The position numbers and the translations under genes are program-made. The notes below the pieces were generated by a model that ran no database searches, was not told the DNA's origin, and saw nothing but the letters and a program-made list of their open reading frames with translations. DNA of 64,000 nt, taken from assembly GCA_964619725.1 (NCBI GenBank), contig CAZUFC010000004.1, positions 32,001 to 96,000 of the forward strand, in the 5' to 3' direction. This DNA comes from an uncultured bacterium (GTDB lineage: Bacteria > CSSED10-310 > CAZUFC01). Positions 19,219-28,811 of this stretch are shown here, piece by piece; positions within the stretch are counted from its first letter, which is position 1; each line of letters opens with the position of its first letter.

Positions 19219-20682
19219 ATGGATATGCTTTTAATAGTACCGCCGGGAGGTTATTACGCGGAGAGGTGGCAAAAAGGCGTGCTGATGCCTCCTTTGGGAA
19301 TCGGTTATGTCGCTGCTGCGCTTGAAAAAGCAGGTTATGAAGCAGGCATTCTGGATGCCCATGTGAAGAAAATGTCCATGAAGGAGATTGCACGATATCT
19401 CGAAAATAATACTCCGAAATGCATAGGGTTGACATTTACGACAGAGACAAGATTTGAGGGATTTCAGACGGCTGCAGAGATCAAGCGAGTCCTGCCTGAT
19501 GTTCCGATTGTTGCAGGCGGACCTCATGTTTCGCTCGCGGCCGCAGACACGCTGGAACATATCCGCGAAATTGACTATGTCGTGGTGGGGGAAGGCGAGC
19601 TCACAGCAGTCGAATTAATGGATGTAATTCTAAAGAATCGAAAACCTGAGACGGTTGACGGCCTGGCTTACAGGCAAGAAGACAGGATTTTGTTTTCAAA
19701 ACCGCGGCAACCTATAAAGAATCTGGACGAAACTCCTTTTCCCGCCAGGCATCTTTATCCCATGAACGATTATAATTTTCAATTCGATGTTCCGGGGCGG
19801 GGTTCGATACCCTTCGGCAACATTATGACCAGCAGAGGTTGCCCATTTCATTGCAACTTCTGCGCCTCGCCCATAATGTGGGGCAAGAGATGCAGGCTTC
19901 GCTCGCCGGATAATATTGTCCGGGAGATTGAAGAAATCGCCGCTTCATATGATGCAAAAGGACTCTGGATATTTGACGATACTTTTAATTCGGTTCCCGA
20001 ACGGGTCGTTAAAATTTGCGATCTTATCATTGAGAGAAAATTAAATCTCTCCTTCTTCTGTGAAGTCCGGGTCGACAAAATGTCCAAACCCCTTTTAGAG
20101 AAAATGAAAGAAGCGGGTTGTTACTGTATCGGTTTCGGAGTCGAATCCGGCTCTCAGCGTATATTGGACGAAGTAATCAGAAAACATCTGGACCTCAAAA
20201 AAGTAGAACAATTGATCGAATGGTGCCTGGAACTCGACGTGAAACCAAATCCCTTCTACATCTTCAGTCACCCTACAGAAACGATGCAGGATGCCCAGCA
20301 AACCATGGACCTTATTCTCAAATATAAAGACAAAGCTCAAGCCAGCATGGCTTTGCTGCATGTTTACCCCGGAACGGCCCTGGAAAAAACCGCTTATGAA
20401 AAAGGCGTTTTGCCCAGAGACTTTTCTTGGACGCACAAAGATCGGAAAGAGGTCAAAACGTTGCCGTCAGCTCAGGGAAACGTCCCTATATTCCAGGATA
20501 AACTTACCTGGGATCAAATCAGCGGCCTCCTGTTCCAGTGGGCTGAACTGCAGAATTATCCCATATGGAGACATATCCCGAAAGTAATAAGAAGCGTTAA
20601 ATCTTTCGATGACTTTAAAAGATATGTGATTATGGGTAAAAATTTTTTGAAAAGGAAATTATCTTCTTCGAAAACGCATTAG
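19219..20682 (+). CDS. Cobalamin-binding radical SAM enzyme #4
   Basis: MPPLGIGYVAA, AGGPHVS, VGEGE, SRGCPFHCNFC, FGVESGS, YPGT. GAGGT RBS. Confidence 0.92.
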   Translation: MDMLLIVPPGGYYAERWQKGVLMPPLGIGYVAAALEKAGYEAGILDAHVKKMSMKEIARYLENNTPKCIGLTFTTETRFEGFQTAAEIKRVLPDVPIVAGGPHVSLAAADTLEHIREIDYVVVGEGELTAVELMDVILKNRKPETVDGLAYRQEDRILFSKPRQPIKNLDETPFPARHLYPMNDYNFQFDVPGRGSIPFGNIMTSRGCPFHCNFCASPIMWGKRCRLRSPDNIVREIEEIAASYDAKGLWIFDDTFNSVPERVVKICDLIIERKLNLSFFCEVRVDKMSKPLLEKMKEAGCYCIGFGVESGSQRILDEVIRKHLDLKKVEQLIEWCLELDVKPNPFYIFSHPTETMQDAQQTMDLILKYKDKAQASMALLHVYPGTALEKTAYEKGVLPRDFSWTHKDRKEVKTLPSAQGNVPIFQDKLTWDQISGLLFQWAELQNYPIWRHIPKVIRSVKSFDDFKRYVIMGKNFLKRKLSSSKTH

Positions 20683-20710
20683 CGCCATTCAACCATTTCC
20701 TTACCTCGCT

Positions 20711-21238
20711 TTATTCCTCATCGATTTCTCTCAACCAGGCTCCGACTTTTTTCATCTCCCGCTCCCAATCGGACGATATGCGCAATTCAAGAAAGCGGTA
20801 GAAAAGGGCATCCATAATATTTATAAAAGTAGCGAAAGCATCGGCTCTGTCGTAAAAAACCTGTTCATCTTCTGTCGACAATGTTTTGGGTATTTTCATT
20901 GATTTGAATTGCAATTTTTCAGCATTGATCGTCAGATAACAGATTGATTCGTCAACATCAATTCGCAGGCGGGCTTCTTTGACCTTCTTTCCGTTTTTCA
21001 GCGCAAATTTGGCTTCCTGGATGTTCAATACTTCGCCTTTGAATGTCGATACTTCCTCGTCCAAACCCAAGACTATTTTGTTGTCGAAAAAAAGCGTAAA
21101 ATCGCCGACAGGCGATACCGTGAAGCTGCCTTCTCTGATTTCACTTTCAGCAAGTAACCAGGTAAGGAAATCGCTGCCCATGAATTCTTTTGCATCCTGA
21201 TCTTCGATATTGTGTATTTCATTTTCATTATCGTTCAT
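20711..21238 (-). CDS. RdgC-like protein, C-terminal-half homologue
   Basis: FMGSDFLTWL...EAKFALKNGKKVKEARL resembles the RdgC C-terminal region. GGAG RBS precedes ATG 21238. Confidence 0.65.
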   Translation of the reverse strand: MNDNENEIHNIEDQDAKEFMGSDFLTWLLAESEIREGSFTVSPVGDFTLFFDNKIVLGLDEEVSTFKGEVLNIQEAKFALKNGKKVKEARLRIDVDESICYLTINAEKLQFKSMKIPKTLSTEDEQVFYDRADAFATFINIMDALFYRFLELRISSDWEREMKKVGAWLREIDEE

Positions 21239-21443
21239 TTTTATACTCCGAAAAGGAATCAAGCAATCACCCTTACAGCAGGCCGATTGTCATTTCCTCT
21301 GAAAGAAGGTATGAAAAACTGATGTATCGTAATTCCTACGTAAATCAAGCGTTTTTCCTTTGAAGCGAACTTTCATCCGTTTATTCTTTTCCTCTCCATA
21401 AAGCGGACTGCTCCATCATCAAACTCCCGGCATTTATAAAACA

Positions 21444-22055
21444 TTAAACAAACACTGTGGGTTCAGCCTGATCCCATTGTTCGATCGATTTACGCAAATC
21501 GCCGTTTTTCCAGAATAGAGAACGCATGCTTGCCTCATAGAGCTTGACGGAAAAAGAATCTTCAAACAGATTCATAAATTGTTCAATGACCTTCGAGGAA
21601 ACGGAGCCGAGAAGAACGAAGTTTTCCTGAAGGTTCCAGGCCATTTCAAAGAAATCTGGGACTGCGGGCATTTTTTTGAGTAAATTTCTTTCCACGCGTT
21701 CATTTATTTGTCTGTTTTCTTTAAAACCCGGCCGTTTTTTTCCGGTAGCTTTGATGAATTCATTGATAGCCAGTCTTCGTTCCAGTTTGAGAAGTTTGGG
21801 AGGTATTCTTCTTTTATCGATTCGCATCTGGAGTGTGAGAAATTCACCGTAGAAGATGTTCCCCGTATGAAACTCCGTACTGGAAAAATCATCGAACAGA
21901 GTCCATCCGCAGCTTTCTTTCAGTTCGCTGTCCGGCGGAATGGATTGAAAACGATTGTCATTGACTCCTTTTAACAAGGAATCGTGATAATTTTCAGGAA
22001 GCGCATCAAAAACAAAAAATCGGGTAAAACTGAATGTTCCTGTTAATAAGCTCAT
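21444..22055 (-). CDS. RdgC-like protein, N-terminal-half homologue
   Basis: SCGW, LQMRIDKRRIPPKLLK, LLKKMP, S.SSKVIEQFMNLF resemble the RdgC N-terminal region. AAGGAG RBS. Confidence 0.7.
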   Translation of the reverse strand: MSLLTGTFSFTRFFVFDALPENYHDSLLKGVNDNRFQSIPPDSELKESCGWTLFDDFSSTEFHTGNIFYGEFLTLQMRIDKRRIPPKLLKLERRLAINEFIKATGKKRPGFKENRQINERVERNLLKKMPAVPDFFEMAWNLQENFVLLGSVSSKVIEQFMNLFEDSFSVKLYEASMRSLFWKNGDLRKSIEQWDQAEPTVFV

Positions 22056-22087
22056 TTGTCAGCTCCTTGAAGACAGAGTGGAGATTG

Positions 22088-24025
22088 TCATTCTTTTTCA
22101 AGGTAAGAATAACCATTGAGGCCATCCTGGTAAATTTTGAGAAATTTGGCTGATTCTCTCAACGAGAGTTTTTTGGATTTAACGCCGGCTTCGACTGCAT
22201 TCCTTAATTTGTTGATGAGTGTTTCGACGTCGTACTGAACATATCTGAGCAGAGCTCCGACGGTATCGCCTGCGATAAATTTGTCAATGATATAATTCCC
22301 GTCTTTTAAGACCGATACATGTACCGTATTTGTGTCTCCGAAGAGGTTATGGAGGTCGCCGAGTATTTCCTGGTAAGCGCCGATAAGGAAGATGCCTAAA
22401 TGATATCCTCTGTCGTCGGGATAATGCAGGCTCAATGTGTCCTTGACTCCGCGCAGGTCAATGAATTGCTCGATTTTTCCATCCGAATCGCATGTGATGT
22501 CTACTAATGTGGTCTTGCAATCGGGTTGCTCATCCAAACGGCTTATAGGCATGATGGGAAATAACTGGTCGATAGCCCAATGATCCGGTAATGATTGGAA
22601 TACGCTGAAATTACAGATATAAGTATCTGCCAGAAAACGTTCCAATCCTGATAATTCTTCAGGGATATAATCCAGCGCCTGAACGATTTTCAAAATTTTC
22701 ACGCAAATTTGCCAGAACAGGTCCTCAGCTATTGCCCGTTCCTCAATATTCAAAAGCCCCAGATTAAATCTGGCCAACGCATCGTCTTTGTAATGCATCG
22801 CATCATGGAACGACTCCTGGTAATTTTTTATTGTAATATTTTTTAGTACATCCTTCATGTCGATTAATAAGTCGGGGGGATTGTCCGGAAAATGCAAATT
22901 GCTGAATCGTCCGGAATAACTGGAAACGTCTGTTACGTCGACCAGCAGAACAGAATGGTGCGCAACCAGAGCTCTGCCGCTTTCCGAGATAATATGGGGA
23001 TGAGGAACAGAGCGTCTTTCGCATTCTTCGCAGACGGACCACACTATGTCTGCGGCATACTCCTGCATTGAATAATTCGCGCTTGATGCGAAATTGGTTT
23101 TGCTGCCGTCATAATCAATGGCCAAACCTCCTCCGACGTCAAAATAATTCAGCGGCGCTCCGAGACGATATAATTCGGAGAAAATCCGTACGGCTTCCCC
23201 CATCGCTTCCTTTATGCTTCTTATGGCAGTAATTTGCGAACCCAGATGAAAGTGCAACAGCTTAAAGATATGCAACATGTCCCTTTCGCGCAAGATTTGA
23301 ACGATTTGCAGTATTTCAACAGTCGTTAATCCGAATTTTGAAAATTCACCTCCTGATCCTTCCCATTTTCCCGCACCTCGTGAAGAAAGCTTGCATCTTA
23401 CCCCAATTGTGGGCTCCACATTCAACTTTTTCGCACAGGATAAAATCAAATCCATTTCATTGAGTTTTTCCACGACGAGTATAATATTTTTGCCGATTTT
23501 CGATGCCAGAAGCGCTGTTTCTATGTATTCCTGATCTTTGTAGCCATTGCAGATGATAAGGGCTTTTTCGTTTTCCATAAGGGCGACGGCTATAAGAAGT
23601 TCAGCTTTGCTGCCCGATTCCAGGCCGAAGTTATATTCCTTCCCGAAATCCAGTATGTCTTCCACAACTTGCCGGCTCTGGTTGACCTTAATCGGATAAA
23701 CCCCCATGTATTCACCCTTGTAAGAAGCTTCATCCATTGATTTTCTGAAAGATTGGTAAAGCTCTTTGACTCTTTGTTTCAATATGTCCGTAAAACGAAG
23801 GAGCACCGGAGTATTGATGTCCCGTTGCATTAATTCTTGCACGAGGAAAGAAAGATCGAGCTCGTATTGCATGTTTTTGTAAGGTCTTACGACAGCATGC
23901 CCCTGCTCATTGATGGAAAAGAATCCCTGCCCCCAATCTGTGACTCTGTAAAAATCTTTTGAATCCTGAACGGTCCATTTTTTTTTGAGTTTCTTTTCTT
24001 TCTTCTTGATATGAGCCTTTTTCAT
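22088..24025 (-). CDS. speA: Biosynthetic arginine decarboxylase
   Basis: YPIKVNQ (PLP lysine), GLESGSK, ICNGYKD, HFHLGSQ, DVGGGL, SESGRA, TCDSDG, GAYQEILGDLHNLFG. AGGAGG RBS. Confidence 0.95.
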   Translation of the reverse strand: MKKAHIKKKEKKLKKKWTVQDSKDFYRVTDWGQGFFSINEQGHAVVRPYKNMQYELDLSFLVQELMQRDINTPVLLRFTDILKQRVKELYQSFRKSMDEASYKGEYMGVYPIKVNQSRQVVEDILDFGKEYNFGLESGSKAELLIAVALMENEKALIICNGYKDQEYIETALLASKIGKNIILVVEKLNEMDLILSCAKKLNVEPTIGVRCKLSSRGAGKWEGSGGEFSKFGLTTVEILQIVQILRERDMLHIFKLLHFHLGSQITAIRSIKEAMGEAVRIFSELYRLGAPLNYFDVGGGLAIDYDGSKTNFASSANYSMQEYAADIVWSVCEECERRSVPHPHIISESGRALVAHHSVLLVDVTDVSSYSGRFSNLHFPDNPPDLLIDMKDVLKNITIKNYQESFHDAMHYKDDALARFNLGLLNIEERAIAEDLFWQICVKILKIVQALDYIPEELSGLERFLADTYICNFSVFQSLPDHWAIDQLFPIMPISRLDEQPDCKTTLVDITCDSDGKIEQFIDLRGVKDTLSLHYPDDRGYHLGIFLIGAYQEILGDLHNLFGDTNTVHVSVLKDGNYIIDKFIAGDTVGALLRYVQYDVETLINKLRNAVEAGVKSKKLSLRESAKFLKIYQDGLNGYSYLEKE

Positions 24026-24401
24026 TTCGTCGACCTCCTTGTCACTCATATCTGAGGATTGGGAAATGAGAGGACGATATTAACATAATAACGAGGATTT
24101 CCAATTAAAAAACTGAAATTTCCCAGTGAAGTATTCGTAACAGGAATCAGGAAAGTTTCATTTCGCCTGATGAGGATCAGTTGCCTGGAGAATTCGAATA
24201 TGTTTTTTGAAAAATGGACTCCTTTTGATGTAATTGATAGATCAGCCGCAGGTTCTATAATCAGGTCGACTCCGCAAAACAGAATTCCTGTGAAAAAAAT
24301 CTTTTCATTTGAAGACAGAAAGATATCTTTTTGCTGCGAGCCTTCCTGATTACAGCCACGCTGCAGTCCATTATTTCATACCGCCGGCATTGGTTTTCCG
24401 A

Positions 24402-24800
24402 CTATTTTTTTCCCTTTCGGAACACGAATCCATAAGTTTTATTTCCGGCGACTTCCCGAATCACGTCGGTTTCAGCTATCAGCTTATCTCCTGTTTTGAC
24501 GTTTGCGTCTCTAATCTGTCCCAATGCTTTTATGCCATTGTCGAATTCCACAATACCGAAGGTTAAAGATTTGGTTTCAAAGCCTTCGGGAAGAGCGAAA
24601 ACCTGAGAATATGCCAGTAATTTGCATTTTCCTTTCAGAGGCACCTTGATGAAATCATCATAAATAACTTCTGAGGGGTCCCGTCGGGTTCTGCATTTTT
24701 CGCACACCATTGGTGCGGGGTAGTAGAGTTTTTCGCATTTCGGGCATTTATAGGCATAAACATTTTTGTCTACAGCATAGAGGTCTTGAATTTCGTACAT
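24402..24800 (-). CDS. DUF35 (Zn-ribbon plus OB-fold, acyl-CoA binding) protein
   Basis: KCPKC...YYP...VCEKC, then OB-fold pattern GIVEFDNG.KALGQ. Lies directly downstream of the thiolase. Confidence 0.85.
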   Translation of the reverse strand: MYEIQDLYAVDKNVYAYKCPKCEKLYYPAPMVCEKCRTRRDPSEVIYDDFIKVPLKGKCKLLAYSQVFALPEGFETKSLTFGIVEFDNGIKALGQIRDANVKTGDKLIAETDVIREVAGNKTYGFVFRKGKK

Positions 24801-24818
24801 CTCGATTCTCCTCTGTTG

Positions 24819-25994
24819 TTATTTAGCTAATATCGTCGTCAGTACGTTGTTTCCGAATCCTCCGAAATTGACGGCAAGTCCATACTTCGGATTCTTGACC
24901 TGTCTTCCTTTTTCAGCTTCGCCTCTCAACTGTTTTACAAGTTCGTGTATTTGAGAGACGCCGGTAGCGCCCACTGGATGTCCTTTTGCTTTTAAGCCGC
25001 CGGAAGCGTTGACGGGAATCTTGCCGTTAACTTCCAAATCGCCGCGTTCGATGGCGGCTTTGGCTTTGCCCTTCGCGAAAAAACCGACCTCTTCACTGAT
25101 GGCTGCTTCCAGAATAATAAAGGCGTCATGAAGTTCTGCCAGCGAGATGTCTTTTGGTCCTATTCCAGCCATTTTATATGCCTTTTCAGCAGCCGTCCGG
25201 ACGGCTTTTAAATCCAGAGGGTCTTTCCTGTTATGGACGCAATGAGTATCGGTTGCCTGTCCGATTCCTGCTACACGGATCGGTTTCTTTTTAAATCGGT
25301 CCGCTACGTCCATGCCGCACATGATGACTGATGCTGAGCCGTCGGAAACAGGACATATACCGTAAAGCCTTAACGGGTCCGCCATGATCGGATTGGCGGA
25401 TTCTTTATGCGGATTATTCAATATGCCGTCCAACGATGCTTGTTGCTCCACATGGCTGAAAGGATTAAGATCAGCGTTCCTGTGTGCTTTTTCTCCTAAT
25501 ATGGCTAAATGCTTCTCCTTCAGACCATATTTTTCCATGTACATTCTTGTGAACATCCCTGCGAATCCCGAAAGAGTTATGCCGTACGGATATTCAACTT
25601 CCGGATGAGTCAACGTGGAAATAAAATCAGTGCTTCGCCAGCCGGTCGTTTCGCGCATGCGTTCGCCGCCCGTAACCATCACGATGTCCGCCATGCCTGA
25701 CGCGATAGCCATGTATCCGCATTTGATCGCAGAAGCGCCCGATGCGGGACCATTCTCAACGGTTTCCGCCATAGCGGGTTCAAGAAATATCCGGCTCACC
25801 AGAGATGATGCGATGCCTGTCTGATGATTAAGAAACGCCGAGCCCATGTTTGCAACGAATACCTGATCGATTCCCTTGTCGATTCCTGCATCTTCCATTG
25901 CCTCCAACGAAGACCAGGCCAATATGTCCACAAGATCATAATCCAATCTGCCGAATTTTATATGACCGATTCCTACTATTCCAACTTCTCTCAT
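24819..25994 (-). CDS. SCP2/archaeal-type thiolase-fold protein lacking the catalytic cysteine
   Basis: PVSDG, ELHDAF, VNASGGLKAKGHPVGATG and NFGG motifs; ENGPASG replaces ENACASG. Confidence 0.9.
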   Translation of the reverse strand: MREVGIVGIGHIKFGRLDYDLVDILAWSSLEAMEDAGIDKGIDQVFVANMGSAFLNHQTGIASSLVSRIFLEPAMAETVENGPASGASAIKCGYMAIASGMADIVMVTGGERMRETTGWRSTDFISTLTHPEVEYPYGITLSGFAGMFTRMYMEKYGLKEKHLAILGEKAHRNADLNPFSHVEQQASLDGILNNPHKESANPIMADPLRLYGICPVSDGSASVIMCGMDVADRFKKKPIRVAGIGQATDTHCVHNRKDPLDLKAVRTAAEKAYKMAGIGPKDISLAELHDAFIILEAAISEEVGFFAKGKAKAAIERGDLEVNGKIPVNASGGLKAKGHPVGATGVSQIHELVKQLRGEAEKGRQVKNPKYGLAVNFGGFGNNVLTTILAK

Positions 25995-26665
25995 CGTTTA
26001 AACTCCGGAATTTGCGGATACTCATCAGGCGGAATGAGATTATCCGCGGTTTTAAGTAAATCAGCCGGAACCGGACGAGTCCCGGATAACAGTCTTGATC
26101 TGGCTTTATCGAACAGTTCTTTCGTCAGAACGTAAGAAGGCACGCCCCCCAGTTCATGCTGAAATTCCATACGAGGTTCAAGTTGATACTCTATCATCCA
26201 TCTTTTGAATCCGATAAAACTTTCCGCAACGATATATACTTCTTCCTGGTTGAGAAAATCCATGTGATATTCCATTTTGGCGGCAAACATCATCGCTCCG
26301 CAACGCAACCCTCTCCGTATCGTCATTGTGTGATAACTCATTCCCCGAGCCTCATCGATCATTCTCCCGTTTACTATGCTCGCAATAACTCCATCAATGG
26401 ACCCGACCAAACAATAAGGGTCCCTCACCCGATACAGCAACTGCCCTAAAAGCTCGCCGTACATCCTGGTTGCGACAATGTCATAAAAGTCCCTTCTTAC
26501 TTTCATTAAAGGACTGACTGTTTCCAATAAAGCGGGTATGTCTTCGCTTGTCGCTTGACGGATTACCAATTTTTCGCCGGATGCCAATGTAATGAATTTA
26601 GGCGGATACGGCGTCATCTTCCTTGACGGCGGTCTCAGTTTTAATTCTAAATCCTCAATAAACAT
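25991..26665 (-). CDS. GNAT-fold acetyltransferase-like protein
   Basis: LVIRQAT.EDIPAL N-terminal GNAT pattern and RRGLRCG CoA-binding-like motif. GGAGG RBS precedes ATG 26665; ATGA overlap with the thiolase. Confidence 0.7.
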   Translation of the reverse strand: MFIEDLELKLRPPSRKMTPYPPKFITLASGEKLVIRQATSEDIPALLETVSPLMKVRRDFYDIVATRMYGELLGQLLYRVRDPYCLVGSIDGVIASIVNGRMIDEARGMSYHTMTIRRGLRCGAMMFAAKMEYHMDFLNQEEVYIVAESFIGFKRWMIEYQLEPRMEFQHELGGVPSYVLTKELFDKARSRLLSGTRPVPADLLKTADNLIPPDEYPQIPEFKR

Positions 26666-26772
26666 GAATTGTAAACCTCCCTTCCATGAAGCCGTTAACA
26701 ATAGCATGCCGAAACTAACTACGCAAGGCATAAGCTCAAATATGCTAATATTTTTTCTCCCTCTTTTCAATC

Positions 26773-26801
26773 TTGACATACGAACACTTTGATACTATAC
26801 T
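26773..26801 (+). promoter_or_regulatory. Near-consensus sigma70 promoter of pckG
   Basis: TTGACA-N17-TATACT. Confidence 0.75.
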
Positions 26802-26909
26802 CCCGAATCTTGATGTGATTTCCGTAATTACTTACGAAATTACATTTTGTACCGTTTTAAGTTTTATCGTCCTCTGACTTTTCAGTTAAGAGACAACCGG
26901 AGGTAATAA

Positions 26910-28784
26910 ATGGAAAAAGAGATGGAGCTATTGAAGGAAAAGTGTGGAGAGAAAAATTACCGGAAATTGATGGAGATCGATAATCCTGATATTCATCAAT
27001 TTGTAGCTCGATGGACTGCTCATTGCAATCCAGATAAGGTTTTCGTTTGTACTGATTCATCGGAAGATTTACAGTTTGTCAGGCAGGCGGCGATCGACAG
27101 CGGAGAAGAGAAGGAATTGGCGACAAAAGGGCACACAATTCATTTTGATGGTTATTACGATCAAGCCAGAGATAAAGAGCACACCAAGTTTTTACTTCCA
27201 AAGGACGTGGATTTGGGTCCGAACATTCAGGCAATAGACAGAGATGAAGGATTAAAAGAGATTCACGGCATTATGAAAGACATCATGAAGGGCCATATGA
27301 TGTTCGTCCGTTTTTTTGCTCTGGGACCTACGAATTCTGAGTTTACTCAACCCAGTCTCCAGTTGACCGATTCGGCATACGTCGCCCATAGCCTGGATTT
27401 ACTTTATCGACAAGGTTACGAGGAATTCAGGAGACTGGGAAGAAAGGCGAGGTTCTTCAAAGTCGTTCACAGTCAGGGTGAGTTGGAAAATTATGTGAGC
27501 AAGAATATTGAGCAGAGACGCGTTTACATAGACTTGAAAGATGAATTAGTATACAGCGCCAACACTCAATATGGAGGAAACACGCTGGGGCTGAAAAAAC
27601 TCTCCATGCGTCTCGCCATCAATAGAGGGGCAAAAGAAGGTTGGCTGACGGAACATATGCTGCTCATGGGCATTCATGGGCCGAATCAACGGAAAACCTA
27701 TTTTACTGGAGCTTTTCCCTCCTTGTGCGGAAAAACCTCGACATCAATGATGGAAGGCGAAACAATCGTAGGCGACGACATTGCCTACCTACGTCGAATC
27801 GACGGGGAAATAAAAGGCGTTAACGTGGAATCGGGCATGTTCGGTATCATTATGGGCGTCAATGAAAAAGACGATCCTCTTATCTGGAAAGCCTTGCACG
27901 CGCCTAATGAAATCATCTTCTCGAACATATTGGTAACCAAAGATGGTGGAGTTTACTGGATCGATAAAGGAACGGAAATGCCTTCTGAAGGAATCAATCA
28001 TTCAGGAGCTTGGAAGCCGGGTAAGATAGACAAAGATGGAAATGAAATCCCGCCGTCTCACAGAAACGCCAGATTCACTTTGAAACTCGAATACCTGGAT
28101 AATTTAGACCCCACCCTGAACGATCCCGCGGGCGTGAAGGTCGGAGGAGCCATATACGGGGGACGAGATTCGGATACATGGATGCCCATCAGAGAAGCAT
28201 TCAACTGGCAACACGGCATCATCACCATCGCCGCCTCTCTCGAATCGGAAACCACCGCTGCGACTCTGGGAAAAGAAGGCGTCCGAAAATTCAATCCTAT
28301 GTCTAACCTTGACTTTCTATCCGTCCCTATCGGTAAATACATTCAGATGAACCTTGACTTTGTTGAGGGCGTGGAGAATCCGCCTTTGATCTTTGGGGTG
28401 AACTACTTCCTCAAAGATAAGAACGGAGATTTCCTCAATGCAAAAACAGACAAAGCTATCTGGTTGAAATGGGCGGAATTGAGAGCCCACCAGGATGTGG
28501 AAGCCATTGAAACGCCGATCGGATACATTCCGAAATACGAAGACCTGAAAAGACTCTTCAAAGACATACAGTCCAAAGAATACTCAAAAGATGATTATGA
28601 AAAGCAGTTTAAGCTGAGAATTCCTGAGAATCTGGCGAAAATTGACCGAATTTTGAACATTTACCAGAACAAAGTTAAAGATGCGCCGCAAGTCTTTTTC
28701 GAAGTCCTGAACAAGGAAAAAGAAAAACTGATAAAAGCAAGAGAGAAATACGGAGATTACGTGGTTCCGGATGCCTTTTTGTAA
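26910..28784 (+). CDS. pckG: Phosphoenolpyruvate carboxykinase (GTP)
   Basis: YGGN, GWLTEHM, GAFPSLCGKT, VGDDIA, NARF, YGGR, FGVNYF. GGAGG RBS. Confidence 0.95.
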   Translation: MEKEMELLKEKCGEKNYRKLMEIDNPDIHQFVARWTAHCNPDKVFVCTDSSEDLQFVRQAAIDSGEEKELATKGHTIHFDGYYDQARDKEHTKFLLPKDVDLGPNIQAIDRDEGLKEIHGIMKDIMKGHMMFVRFFALGPTNSEFTQPSLQLTDSAYVAHSLDLLYRQGYEEFRRLGRKARFFKVVHSQGELENYVSKNIEQRRVYIDLKDELVYSANTQYGGNTLGLKKLSMRLAINRGAKEGWLTEHMLLMGIHGPNQRKTYFTGAFPSLCGKTSTSMMEGETIVGDDIAYLRRIDGEIKGVNVESGMFGIIMGVNEKDDPLIWKALHAPNEIIFSNILVTKDGGVYWIDKGTEMPSEGINHSGAWKPGKIDKDGNEIPPSHRNARFTLKLEYLDNLDPTLNDPAGVKVGGAIYGGRDSDTWMPIREAFNWQHGIITIAASLESETTAATLGKEGVRKFNPMSNLDFLSVPIGKYIQMNLDFVEGVENPPLIFGVNYFLKDKNGDFLNAKTDKAIWLKWAELRAHQDVEAIETPIGYIPKYEDLKRLFKDIQSKEYSKDDYEKQFKLRIPENLAKIDRILNIYQNKVKDAPQVFFEVLNKEKEKLIKAREKYGDYVVPDAFL

Positions 28785-28811
28785 TTTAGACGAAAATTGA
28801 TTCATAAATTG

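Noticed and set aside
4426-20682. RiPP interpretation of the radical SAM cluster
   Set aside because: No precursor peptide, peptidase or RRE is visible, and neighbours are glycosylation genes.
21290-21376. 28-aa minus-strand ORF (MKVRFKGKTLDLRRN...) between the RdgC halves
   Set aside because: Weak RBS spacing and no recognisable features; cannot be supported.
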